Under the pieces are notes generated by a model that saw only the letters and a program-made list of their open reading frames with translations, was not told where the DNA came from and did no database searches. Source: a virus (taxonomy: Duplodnaviria > Heunggongvirae > Uroviricota > Caudoviricetes). Taken from it: a DNA stretch of 64,000 nucleotides. The stretch is from positions 64,001-128,000 of the IMG/VR virus record IMGVR_UViG_3300025015_000009; one strand, given 5' to 3'. Positions within the stretch are counted from its first letter, which is position 1, and every line of letters starts with the position of its first letter. Shown one piece after another: positions 48,664 to 60,489 of this stretch. The translations under genes and the position numbers were made by a program.

Positions 48664-49093
48664 GCACAGGACAGTCCAGGTTCACTATCGAATATGATGT
48701 TCCGTATGAATCTTCGTTGTCGAGCCGAGGGCAAGTACACCCTGGGAATTTCCAGAACCTGTGGAACTTCGCGTCCAATGGAAATTTCCACACCCGTTGC
48801 AATTCGAATTCAAGTAGCTCGACCATTTTTGCATACATCCGCAATAGGTTACGATCTTCGATTGCTGCTGTTGCACTCTCTAAGATCCCATACTTGAGTT
48901 GGTGCAACATAATAATTTTAGCAACTGCTACGTCATCGATGCCTTGTTTTTCGACTAACCGCGAGTTGATCCGAGCAACTGCTTTTCCTTCGTACATAAC
49001 CGTATACTTACTATCTGTACTAATGTCGGGTTTCATTTCGCCCATTCGTTTCATCATGTCTTCGACAGACACACCTTCTATGTTAGCTGACAT
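48641..49093 (-). CDS. Conserved phage hypothetical protein
   Basis: CTCP..DN...CPVHG. Confidence 0.7.
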   Translation of the reverse strand: MSANIEGVSVEDMMKRMGEMKPDISTDSKYTVMYEGKAVARINSRLVEKQGIDDVAVAKIIMLHQLKYGILESATAAIEDRNLLRMYAKMVELLEFELQRVWKFPLDAKFHRFWKFPGCTCPRLDNEDSYGTSYSIVNLDCPVHGNTNEG

Positions 49094-49196
49094 ACTAATT
49101 TTCCTTTTGTGTAATTAACTTAACAACAGTATAACACCAACTCAAAAAAAAAGCAACCAGTTTTTACGTGGTTGCTTTACTTTATCCTACTGTGGG

Positions 49197-50498
49197 TTAC
49201 TTGTTCTCGTTAGTTACATCTGTGAATTCTGCATCAACAGTATTGCCACCTGGAGGACCATCAGCCGCCGATTCAGTGGTCTGCGCCTTTGCAGCAAGTG
49301 TTTGAGCAACTGCGATCAGTGCGGCCGATTTAATCTCAATCGACTCTTTGTCACCAGTTTTAACTGCCTCTTCTGCTTCTGTAATCGCAGCCTCGATCTT
49401 AGCTCTCTCGTCGGGCTGGATAGCATCCCCTTGCTCTGCTACCATTTTCTTAGTTGAATGCACGATCCCGTCGAGTTGGTTTCTGGCTGCCACCAATTCT
49501 ACCGTTTTCTTGTCTTCATCTGCATGAGAAGCAGCATCTGCTACCATCCGATTAATCTCGTCTTCAGACAACCCAGAACTTGCTTGTATCTTAATCTTGT
49601 TCTCTTTACCTGTAGCTTTGTCTTTTGCTGATACATGTAGTATTCCGTTTGCATCAATATCGAAAGTTACTTCGATTTGCGGCTGACCGCGTGGCGCAGG
49701 CGGAATATCCGACAAATTAAACTGGCCCAAACTCTTGTTACCAGATGCTACCTCTCGTTCACCTTGCAGAACATGGATAGTAACTGCGTTCTGATTGTCG
49801 TCTGCTGTCGAAAACACCTGAGAAGCCTTAGTCGGAATAGTAGTGTTCTTCTTAATGAGCTTAGTCATAACTCCACCCATTGTTTCTAGCCCCAACGACA
49901 ATGGGGTCACATCAAGTAATAGTACGTCTTTAACTTCACCTTGCAGTACACCACCTTGAATTGCAGCTCCCGCGGCCACTGCTTCATCTGGGTTTACGTC
50001 TTTGCGTGGTTCTTTTCCAAAGAACGCTTGCACTCTTTCTTGCACCTTAGGCATTCTTGTTTGGCCGCCTACTAGGATAACATCAGTGATATCTGACGTT
50101 GAGACTCCAGCATCTTTCATTGCAACCTTACATGGTTCAATGGTTCGCGCAATTAGATCATCAACAATACTCTCTAGTTTGGCTCTTGTAATCTTAATAG
50201 CCAGATGTTTCGGTCCAGTTGAATCAGCAGTAATATACGGTAGATTTACCTCTGTTTGCTGTGCGCTGGAGAGCTCGATTTTTGCTTTTTCTGCAGAATC
50301 TTTAAGTCGTTGCAACGCAAGTATGTCGTTCTTTAGATCAATTCCGTGCTCTTTCTTAAATTCATCAACCAGATGCTCAATGATCCGCATGTCAAAATCT
50401 TCACCACCCAAGAAGGTATCGCCATTCGTTGACATAACTTCAAACTGATGTTCTCCGTCAATTTCAGCAATGTCGATGATTGATATGTCAAATGTTCC
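49197..50498 (-). CDS. dnaK: Chaperone DnaK (Hsp70), exon 2
   Basis: [37 protein letters not shown]. Confidence 0.95.
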   Translation of the reverse strand, partial: GTFDISIIDIAEIDGEHQFEVMSTNGDTFLGGEDFDMRIIEHLVDEFKKEHGIDLKNDILALQRLKDSAEKAKIELSSAQQTEVNLPYITADSTGPKHLAIKITRAKLESIVDDLIARTIEPCKVAMKDAGVSTSDITDVILVGGQTRMPKVQERVQAFFGKEPRKDVNPDEAVAAGAAIQGGVLQGEVKDVLLLDVTPLSLGLETMGGVMTKLIKKNTTIPTKASQVFSTADDNQNAVTIHVLQGEREVASGNKSLGQFNLSDIPPAPRGQPQIEVTFDIDANGILHVSAKDKATGKENKIKIQASSGLSEDEINRMVADAASHADEDKKTVELVAARNQLDGIVHSTKKMVAEQGDAIQPDERAKIEAAITEAEEAVKTGDKESIEIKSAALIAVAQTLAAKAQTTESAADGPPGGNTVDAEFTDVTNENK

Positions 50499-53753
<3,255 letters not shown>

Positions 53754-53765
53754 TGTTTTCTCCTT

Positions 53766-54186
53766 AACAGAATAATATTCTTTGTATAATAAAGTTGTTT
53801 GCGGGAATTATTCTAAACTAGTGCCACGTGTTCAGTAAATAGGTGAATCAAACAGAATAACATCTTTTTTAAAGTAAAAGTATTGTTTGCGGTAGTTATT
53901 CTAAAACTGCGGTATCTTACGGTACGTACCTATACTCGAGGTGATTTCCTGTTTCGAGTATCTCAGAGAGTGAAGGAATCAATTTCGCTGCGACCAACAT
54001 ATCAACATATTGACTTAGGATCTGATGTGGGACTGCTCCTAGGTACTTGCCAACATAATGTACTTCCCAGTAAAAATCACGATTCATATTAGTACCTTTT
54101 TGTTAAACAGGATAGGGGTTGCCTTTTTACTTAACGTCAGTGCGACTAACTGACTCCAATATAGTGTTTGCTGGAACTATCCTAAA
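53766..54186 (-). ncRNA. Three related hairpin RNA units upstream of the TROVE-like gene
   Basis: TTTAGRATA..T.C.GCAAAC...TATYCTGTT at 53766-53817, 53851-53905, 54106-54186. Confidence 0.5.
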
Positions 54187-54254
54187 TCTTATTGTTTATA
54201 ATACGGCATTTACTACGTTAATGCAAGAAATAGTTACACGAGGTTAACCAAATC

Positions 54255-54560
54255 TTAGTACAACATTTTCTTGACTTTTGCGGCGAGTGCATTTTGGGTA
54301 TATGTTTTAATGTCTTTCTCAAGCGGGTCTAACTCATTAAGAAACAACAGATGATTGGCGACAATATCGTCGTGTAACAAATGAATCATTCGACGAACCG
54401 TTCCAGGGTGTGGGATTGTTGCCAACTCGTTAAACATGCTGAACGTATGTTCAAATAATCGACCAACTTTTCTTGATATCTTTTTACTACTTGGGTGTCT
54501 GGAGATCAACGACACTAACGTGATTGCTGCTTTATTATCTCCGTATACAGTCGGATCCAT
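54255..54560 (-). CDS. Hypothetical protein
   Basis: ORF track. Confidence 0.6.
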   Translation of the reverse strand: MDPTVYGDNKAAITLVSLISRHPSSKKISRKVGRLFEHTFSMFNELATIPHPGTVRRMIHLLHDDIVANHLLFLNELDPLEKDIKTYTQNALAAKVKKMLY

Positions 54561-54588
54561 TTGTTTCCTTTTGTCTGTAAGTTAAAAT

Positions 54589-54681
54589 TGGTACTCCTGC
54601 TGGGTAACGCTCCCAGGACTTGCCCTCATCTAGAGCCTTGGCAGTTTATAAATCTGCTTGTTTTCTTTAAACTACAGGAGC
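54589..54681 (-). tRNA. Atypical tRNA-like gene, anticodon UAU (Ile), long variable arm, non-canonical T-loop
   Basis: GCTCCTG/CAGGAGT acceptor, ACCA end, GCAG/CTGC anticodon stem. Confidence 0.55.
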
Positions 54682-54686
54682 ATATT

Positions 54687-54757
54687 TGGAGCCGCATAGT
54701 GGATTCGAACCACTCACTTCCAGCTTCGAAGGCTAGAGTCTGTCCATCAGATGCGAC
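54687..54757 (-). tRNA. tRNA-Arg(UCG)
   Basis: CTAGC-CTTCGAA-GCTGG; GTTCGAATCC; CCA. Confidence 0.75.
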
Positions 54758-54765
54758 TTTGTTCG

Positions 54766-55437
54766 TTAATTCCACAACAGATCAAAGTTACCAGCCATCA
54801 CCTTCTTAACAGACGAGGTCTTATTAGTAATATGATCTTTAACCACGTCATCTTGAAACCGATACGTGCGTATCTTGTCTCCACGCATCCCTGTTCCGAC
54901 CTGAGCCTTCCTAATTGCTGCTGACTTCGCTGCACAACTGCTCGCAACCACGTTCTTTACCTGAGCTACTAGTTGATCATACGCCAGTTTATAGCTGTTA
55001 GTTCGACTTCTTGTTTGTGCAGTCTGTACAATTCCTGTTGGTATATGTGTTAATCTACACGACGACTTTATTTTATTTCTGTTTTGTCCGCCGCAACCAG
55101 TTCCGCTGTACCACTCTACTTTTAAATCTAATTCACTGACCTCGTGCAACTGGACTGTCGGATCAATCAACGCCACTGTTACCGTCGAGGTATGAACTCG
55201 GCCTTTTCTCTCTGTTGGCGGGACACGCTGTATCCGATGGCCCCCAGGTTCGTTGTTAAGTTTATCTAAATCACGTCCTTCAACTGCAATACAAATCTCG
55301 CCTGATCTTGCAGAAACCAAGCGGGTAGTTCAACCAACTCGTGTGAAGAACTTCTGATACGCTTGCGCCAAATCAGTAACAAACAATGCTGCATCTTCGC
55401 CGCCTTCAGCAGCCCGAATTTCTAATACACGTTTCAT
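54766..55437 (-). CDS. RF1-like peptide chain release factor lacking domain 1, in-frame UGA at codon 36
   Basis: LEIRAAEGGEDAALF...RVG*TTRL...GGHRIQRVPPTE (PxT)...GGQ...KIRTYRF. Confidence 0.85.
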
Positions 55438-55453
55438 GTTCAACTCCTTTAAC

Positions 55454-55585
55454 TTACCCTTGCTTACTAACCTTGCTAACCGGCTGTGGGTACTTTACAC
55501 CACAGCGCGGGCAAGCATTATTTACCGGAATCATTGAGTACCTACAGCTCTCGCAGAATCTAAAGATGCTGGGCGCAGTTGTCAC
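55454..55585 (-). CDS. Small zinc-ribbon protein
   Basis: GTG start overlapping upstream TGA; CESC...CPRC. Confidence 0.45.
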   Translation of the reverse strand: MTTAPSIFRFCESCRYSMIPVNNACPRCGVKYPQPVSKVSKQG

Positions 55586-55746
55586 CCCAGCAACAAGTAC
55601 CCGAACAACAGTATAAGCAAAATCGACACTGTCGTTGATATATCTGAGAACGTATCCGAGGTGCAGTGTGCTTTCTGCTGAGTGCTGTTTGTTTCAACAG
55701 GACCGTCGGTAACCAAATCATCTCTCCTTAGCTTCCTCATTGCCAT
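55582..55746 (-). CDS. Small membrane protein
   Basis: Manual translation, C-terminal TM. Confidence 0.45.
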   Translation of the reverse strand: MAMRKLRRDDLVTDGPVETNSTQQKAHCTSDTFSDISTTVSILLILLFGYLLLG

Positions 55747-55747
55747 A

Positions 55748-56068
55748 TTACTTCGCCAATCCCAATATAAAGTCGATCATAGTAGCAGCATCAGTCTGGC
55801 TTAGCTTTGGGTTCGCTGGCATCGGCATGGTTCCCCATACTCCACCACCACCGTTTACCACTTTAAGCGACAGTTTCTCTTTTGCGGCAGGATCACCCTT
55901 ATACTTAGCAGCAATACTAGAGAACGCAGGGCCAACAACTTTCTTATCAACTGCGTGACATGCAGTGCAAGTATATTTCTTTAACATGTCCGGAACTTCA
56001 GTTGACGCTGCTGCTTGTGTTGCCAACGTGCTCATTACCAACATACCAGTTACGATTATCTTATTCAT
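55748..56068 (-). CDS. Class I cytochrome c (c551/c552-like)
   Basis: Signal peptide, CTACH heme motif, VGPAF, GVWG..PMP Met ligand. Confidence 0.92.
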   Translation of the reverse strand: MNKIIVTGMLVMSTLATQAAASTEVPDMLKKYTCTACHAVDKKVVGPAFSSIAAKYKGDPAAKEKLSLKVVNGGGGVWGTMPMPANPKLSQTDAATMIDFILGLAK

Positions 56069-56116
56069 TTTAACTTCTCCTTGTGTGTACATCAGTTTCG
56101 ATGTTGATGTTAATGT

Positions 56117-56144
56117 ATTATACAGTCACGCACTACGTTGTCAA
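56117..56144 (-). promoter_or_regulatory. sigma70 promoter of the cytochrome c / release factor operon
   Basis: TTGACA-N16-TATAAT. Confidence 0.8.
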
Positions 56145-56151
56145 TCAAAAC

Positions 56152-56297
56152 GGAATTCCTATCCTTAGGCAGGAAACATATCAAGTATATGTTAGACCCT
56201 TCAGTTACTCTGTTGCCAGTTGGCATACCACTGAATCCGATATGCCCTCTCAAGTTAGTAGTTGCTGAAGGAATTCCACTCGCCTTAACTGTATTTA
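56152..56297 (-). ncRNA. Candidate structured ncRNA with its own late promoter
   Basis: GATAAATA then closed GGAATTCCT/AGGAATTCC stem with internal hairpins. Confidence 0.5.
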
Positions 56298-56300
56298 TCG

Positions 56301-56708
56301 TCAGTCATATGTCCACCCCAACGATTTCATCATTTTTTGCTTCACTCTTGTGTTTGGTAGGCGGAATACCAGTGGATCAGTAAACCCCATCATAACTCCG
56401 ACTTCAACGACTGCTCCCGAGCGACACATACCGGCAGTGCAATGAACAACAATATCCATTTGCTGTTCGATTGCTTTGCGCAACAGAGCAACCAATTGTT
56501 CGGCTTGCTCGTCTGTTACTCCGAACTCGTCTACATATTCGTCGTTGTCTTCAATATCAAGAAACTCGAATATATGCGTTTCCTTAAAAGCATGTGGTGA
56601 CTGAGGTGGCAATCCTGCTGGGTCAACTATCTGGATTGCAAGCATGTTATCACTAGTCGGATGATTTCCCTTTTTAAAGTCTATCGCTGAGGCGTTGTAT
56701 ATAAACAT
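56301..56708 (-). CDS. Protein-tyrosine/dual-specificity phosphatase-like protein
   Basis: VHCTAGMCRS CX5R motif; upstream F.D..D. Confidence 0.85.
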   Translation of the reverse strand: MFIYNASAIDFKKGNHPTSDNMLAIQIVDPAGLPPQSPHAFKETHIFEFLDIEDNDEYVDEFGVTDEQAEQLVALLRKAIEQQMDIVVHCTAGMCRSGAVVEVGVMMGFTDPLVFRLPNTRVKQKMMKSLGWTYD

Positions 56709-56727
56709 GAATGTTCCGTAATTTAGT

Positions 56728-56800
56728 GCCGGGTGTTGGGTAATAAGGAACCCGGCGTATCCTCATCGGTTGCTACTTATTAGGCAGCTAACGCATAATT
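56728..56800 (-). pseudogene. Displaced tmRNA coding-piece 3' end (NYALAA tag end plus pseudoknot)
   Basis: AAT TAT GCG TTA GCT GCC TAA TAA, then CCGATGAGG pseudoknot. Confidence 0.7.
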
Positions 56801-56837
56801 TTAACATAATTTGATAAATAAGTAAAGAGGAATTAAT

Positions 56838-57500
56838 ATGTTTTTACCTTATGTATACAAAGTAACTCATAAATTAAATAACAAATTTTATATTGGAATG
56901 CGGTCAGCAAACAAAGTTGTTGCTGAGCTCGATTTAGGAATAAAGTACTTTACTTCATCTAAATATGTTAAGAATAACTTTGATGAGTTCAACATTGAAA
57001 TATTAGCATACTTTCAAGACTGGTCATCTGCTTTTGAATTCGAGAATACATTAATTAAAGACCATTGGAAAAATCCATTATTAATCAATCGACATTACCA
57101 GTTAACTATATCAAAGTTCTCAATGAGTGGTGTGAAGCGTCCAGATCTAGCGGAACGAAACAAAAAAAGAAGAAAGCCAAAAGAAGAAAGAGACTACCAG
57201 TGTAGTCGATGCAATATTCGTTTTATTAGATTAGAATTTTGCCATCATTTAATAAAAAAAATTGCATTCTGTTCACAAGCATGTGCGGCAGCCTACAATG
57301 GTTTAGTGGGAGGAGCAAAACAAAAAGGTATTTCAAACCTTAAACTACTAGGCAGGCCAGCGTGGAATAAAGGCCTGCCTAACCCAAACTCAGTTGAAAA
57401 TGCCAAAAAAGGAGCAGCAAGATTGTCACTAATAGCAACCGGAAGGAAAAGAAAGTACTTGGCCGACGGGAAATGGACCTGGGACTACCCAAAACAATAG
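56838..57500 (+). CDS. Free-standing GIY-YIG homing endonuclease
   Basis: YVYKVTHKLNNKFYIGMRS...YFTSS; WNKG; GATAAATA promoter. Confidence 0.85.
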   Translation: MFLPYVYKVTHKLNNKFYIGMRSANKVVAELDLGIKYFTSSKYVKNNFDEFNIEILAYFQDWSSAFEFENTLIKDHWKNPLLINRHYQLTISKFSMSGVKRPDLAERNKKRRKPKEERDYQCSRCNIRFIRLEFCHHLIKKIAFCSQACAAAYNGLVGGAKQKGISNLKLLGRPAWNKGLPNPNSVENAKKGAARLSLIATGRKRKYLADGKWTWDYPKQ

Positions 57501-57520
57501 GCCCATATTATGGGCCTATT
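57496..57520. terminator. Perfect hairpin between the convergent endonuclease and tmRNA
   Basis: AATAGGCCCATA/TATGGGCCTATT. Confidence 0.6.
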
Positions 57521-57885
57521 GTAATCATTTTTGATTATAAGGGATGATTGCCCCTCATCGGTGGTTGTATTTTACGCAACCAATTCATAGCTGTCAGCAT
57601 TGGCTGCAACTTTACCGCCGAAGCGGAAGTCTTTACCAACTTTAACTGCTACAGTTCCGAATGTATTTGCTTTGTTTGCATTTACGATTTTGCTTGATTT
57701 ACAGTCATCGCCTACTGTGTTGCCTCTATTCTATCTCACTCAATCGAACCCTGGTCTGCCCCATCAGGAACACATTACCCAACTTATCTAGAACGCTGTT
57801 TGTGCAGTAGCAATGTGTTTTTGGTGGAGCAGGGCGGAATCGAACCGCCGTCTTGAACGCCTTACCTTAAAGGAATTACAACAAT
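57520..57885 (-). ncRNA. ssrA: Circularly permuted (two-piece) tmRNA
   Basis: Acceptor piece ...GACGGCGGTTCGATTCCGCCCTGCTCCACCA (ends 57822) precedes GGGGCAGA...GGTTCGAT (starts 57762); tag frame 57679-57572. Confidence 0.88.
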
Positions 57886-57918
57886 TCTGTGTACGCAAAC
57901 CCTGCGTATCTTATCTAG

Positions 57919-57992
57919 TGGGTCGTGAAGGACTCGAACCTTCGACCAAAGGATTATGAGTCCTCTGCTCTAACCAACTGAGCTAACGACCC
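57919..57992 (-). tRNA. tRNA-Ile2(CAU)
   Basis: ileX-like body, CTCATAA loop, no encoded CCA. Confidence 0.85.
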
Positions 57993-58113
57993 TTATTCGT
58001 AATATATAATATTAGGTTGCCAATAAGAACCGTTGGCAACAAAAGGCATCGGATAGCAATTGCCCATATTTCGTACAACCAATTCGGCCAACCATGCATA
58101 CTTGCATCCTTTG

Positions 58114-58302
58114 TTAACTTACCACTGCCTCATTTACTTTCTCGAATTCTTCCCTGCACATCTCTTCTAACCGGTCAAGTAAGTCAGTTGACCCGTTTTC
58201 CGCTTCGACTTGAACTACATACGGCAAACGACGGTACCACGTATCTCGAAACAGGTCATACGTATTCATTAATTGATCCCCTATTAGCTGTCTAGAACAC
58301 AA
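58114..58302 (-). CDS. Hypothetical protein
   Basis: ORF track. Confidence 0.45.
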   Translation of the reverse strand: MCSRQLIGDQLMNTYDLFRDTWYRRLPYVVQVEAENGSTDLLDRLEEMCREEFEKVNEAVVS

Positions 58303-58499
58303 CTGTCTACCATCATACCAAGAATCTTTTTAATCGACTCTTTTGACATACATTCATTACTACAACAAAGTTTACCATCTGTATTAGTATAAAAGTAGAA
58401 CTGACCAAACCCTGTTCCTGTTACAGTCCAGCTCAGAGTAAACGAGTTATGTAGTTGAACACCGTCGTCGTAACGGTCAAACACGTCTTGCATTGACAT
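58284..58499 (-). CDS. Hypothetical protein
   Basis: ORF track. Confidence 0.55.
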   Translation of the reverse strand: MSMQDVFDRYDDGVQLHNSFTLSWTVTGTGFGQFYFYTNTDGKLCCSNECMSKESIKKILGMMVDSCVLDS

Positions 58500-58517
58500 A
58501 CTCGCCCTTATGTTGTA

Positions 58518-58712
58518 TCACCAACTATCGTAATCTGTTAAGTTCAATTCTGTGTTTGTTATCAAACACCGAACAGTGAGTGCAGTACCAAGTGAAGTCG
58601 GTGTAAAACAGAACTCAAATTGTGTACCCAATGTATCTCTGGATACTGGCTTGGTTTTTGCCCATTCTTTAAACTCAATTTCTTGTTCGTCTGTTAACGT
58701 AAAAGTACGCAT
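58518..58712 (-). CDS. Conserved small phage protein
   Basis: F.F.PTSLG...N.TDYDSW. Confidence 0.7.
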   Translation of the reverse strand: MRTFTLTDEQEIEFKEWAKTKPVSRDTLGTQFEFCFTPTSLGTALTVRCLITNTELNLTDYDSW

Positions 58713-58726
58713 GGTTACTTTCTATA

Positions 58727-58802
58727 TGGTAGTGACAACAGCGCTCGAAGCTGCACATTCATCGTTATGAGCGATGCTCTCTTCCTCTTGAGATATGTCA
58801 CC
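58727..58802 (-). tRNA. tRNA-Met(CAU)
   Basis: CATCG-CTCATAA-CGATG; CCA. Confidence 0.8.
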
Positions 58803-58806
58803 GTGG

Positions 58807-58947
58807 ATACTATCTAAAATGCAGTGTCTTCCTATCGTTACCGAATCACCAGCTATTGTCAGAACCTAACCTTGTTTGCTCTCACATTGACTATGATTAG
58901 TAGCCCTGGTTAATCGCACATTGATATCACTGCACTTGAGGTAGCAT
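58807..58947 (-). ncRNA. Candidate 141-nt ncRNA closed by an 18/20-bp terminal stem
   Basis: ATGCTACCTCAAGTGCAGTG pairs with CACTGCATTTTAGATAGTAT. Confidence 0.45.
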
Positions 58948-58951
58948 AGAG

Positions 58952-59269
58952 TTAGTCACATTTCAAGGAAAGTTGGGATGCAAACGAGACAATTGCCGCA
59001 TCTGGGTCAACAAACTCCTGGTCCAACGCAAGATACATATTGTAAACAACCGTACCGTAGAGAGCTACAATCTCAGACCAGATCAGATTATCTGAACTGA
59101 ACTCTGTCAACTGTATCGTCATCTTAGCTACTACCGTTTCGGCTAACCGTCGGTTCATACCTAAACTCTGAAGTCGATTGGTTAGCGCAATCATACACAA
59201 GAAGTTCGGTACCGTCTTAATGTCGACTGCTGCCATATTACGCATTACTTCCAATAGTTCTCTTTTCAC
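58952..59269 (-). CDS. Hypothetical protein
   Basis: ORF track; GTGA overlap. Confidence 0.6.
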   Translation of the reverse strand: MKRELLEVMRNMAAVDIKTVPNFLCMIALTNRLQSLGMNRRLAETVVAKMTIQLTEFSSDNLIWSEIVALYGTVVYNMYLALDQEFVDPDAAIVSFASQLSLKCD

Positions 59270-59475
59270 TTCTCGTTCCTTTCATCAGCAATAACTTGGT
59301 ATGTAGTTTTACCTTGCTGGTTAGCAATATACTCGATGACAATAGTCTTACATACTCCTCTGGCATGTCCGAATATACTCTGAAGTTTGCTCCCACTGTC
59401 CCTGGTCCCAAACCAACGGAAAAACTCACTCTCAAGCTCGATGTACTCTTGCTCAGTTACCATCTGGTATTTCAT
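59266..59475 (-). CDS. Hypothetical protein
   Basis: ORF behind promoter cassette F. Confidence 0.65.
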   Translation of the reverse strand: MKYQMVTEQEYIELESEFFRWFGTRDSGSKLQSIFGHARGVCKTIVIEYIANQQGKTTYQVIADERNEK

Positions 59476-59492
59476 CTTGTTGTCCTGTTCTG

Positions 59493-59541
59493 CTATTCAA
59501 TGTAAACATTATACACTCTTTTACCGAAAAGTCAACCGAAA
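59493..59541 (-). promoter_or_regulatory. Early promoter cassette, copy F
   Basis: TTGACT-N16-TATAAT with the same leader. Confidence 0.8.
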
Positions 59542-59555
59542 TAACCAGTATTTTG

Positions 59556-59627
59556 TGCCCTGTGCAGGATTCGAACCCACCAGTGTCGGAATAGGAATCC
59601 GATGCTTATCCAATCAGCCTACAGGGC
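59556..59627 (-). tRNA. tRNA-Arg(CCU)
   Basis: TCGGA-TTCCTAT-TCCGA. Confidence 0.8.
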
Positions 59628-59640
59628 AAGACTACTCGTA

Positions 59641-59853
59641 TTAATCGCTGGTTTTAGTACTACGGCGCGCTCGCTGCTGTTCTGCCACAGCAATAGCACA
59701 TTGCGACCGAATATAGTACCTGCGCTCACTCTTTGGCAACGTCGCAGCATACATCTTTGTCATCTTATCACACTTAACACCCTTAGGGAGTCGGGAGCGT
59801 GGTGTTTGCGTATTGTTCTCTTGAAACTCTGCTGTGTTGTTCGTTGCATTCAT
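59641..59853 (-). CDS. Hypothetical protein
   Basis: ORF track. Confidence 0.55.
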   Translation of the reverse strand: MNATNNTAEFQENNTQTPRSRLPKGVKCDKMTKMYAATLPKSERRYYIRSQCAIAVAEQQRARRSTKTSD

Positions 59854-59884
59854 TGTATTGTTCCTTAGTTAGTAAACGGTTGTA

Positions 59885-60130
59885 TTAACAATCTATTTGC
59901 TTCTCAATCAACTTCTCTAGCATTGCTACGTCGAATACATCATTGCGCCCCCAGGTAGGCTGGGTCTGATCTATGTCAGATTGCTGTATGGTTACCAAGT
60001 AACTAGTGTCCTCGATCTCATCTGGTTTGTACTCTTCTTGAACAGTAACTTCTACTATAGAACGTTCAATAGCACTTGGCCAGGCGATATGAGTTGAAGA
60101 TAACATGTTTCTCTCAGTTTTATGTAACAA
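59885..60130 (-). CDS. Hypothetical protein
   Basis: ORF track; promoter at 60135-60165. Confidence 0.5.
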   Translation of the reverse strand: MLHKTERNMLSSTHIAWPSAIERSIVEVTVQEEYKPDEIEDTSYLVTIQQSDIDQTQPTWGRNDVFDVAMLEKLIEKQIDC

Positions 60131-60169
60131 AAACAGTATACACTCTTTTTACTAGAAAGTCAATTAAAA

Positions 60170-60245
60170 TGGAAGGGGATGTAGGAATCGAACCTATCTA
60201 ACCTTGATTCAAAGTCAAGTATGCATACCATTGCATATATCCCCC
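60170..60245 (-). tRNA. tRNA-Gln(UUG)
   Basis: CTTGA-CTTTGAA-TCAAG; CCA. Confidence 0.8.
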
Positions 60246-60251
60246 AATGTT

Positions 60252-60325
60252 TGGCATCCTCGGGTCGAGTCGAGCGACCGCAACTAACCTTCGCAGGGTC
60301 AGTGCCTAAATCCCTAGGCGAGGAT
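60252..60325 (-). tRNA. Atypical tRNA-Arg(GCG)
   Basis: CTGACC-CTGCGAA-GGTTAG; T-loop CTCGACT; GCCA. Confidence 0.6.
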
Positions 60326-60355
60326 ATGTGTTATTATAACAGGTTAAAAATATAT

Positions 60356-60430
60356 TGGGGTGGCATACGAGACTCGAACTCGTTCTAATTCCGTCACAAG
60401 GAACGTTGCTAACCCTCACAATCATGCCAC
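60356..60430 (-). tRNA. tRNA-His(GUG)
   Basis: TTCC-TTGTGAC-GGAA; C73 then CCA. Confidence 0.8.
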
Positions 60431-60489
60431 ACTAATATACTCTTGCATTTTTCTGCTACTTACACCATTGATCAAATACTACATAAACT

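Noticed and set aside
55454-55746. Region upstream of the release factor as a structured ncRNA leader
   Set aside because: Better explained by two small translationally coupled ORFs (TM peptide and zinc ribbon)
57600-57791. Plus-strand 63-aa ORF
   Set aside because: Antisense shadow of the tmRNA tag region
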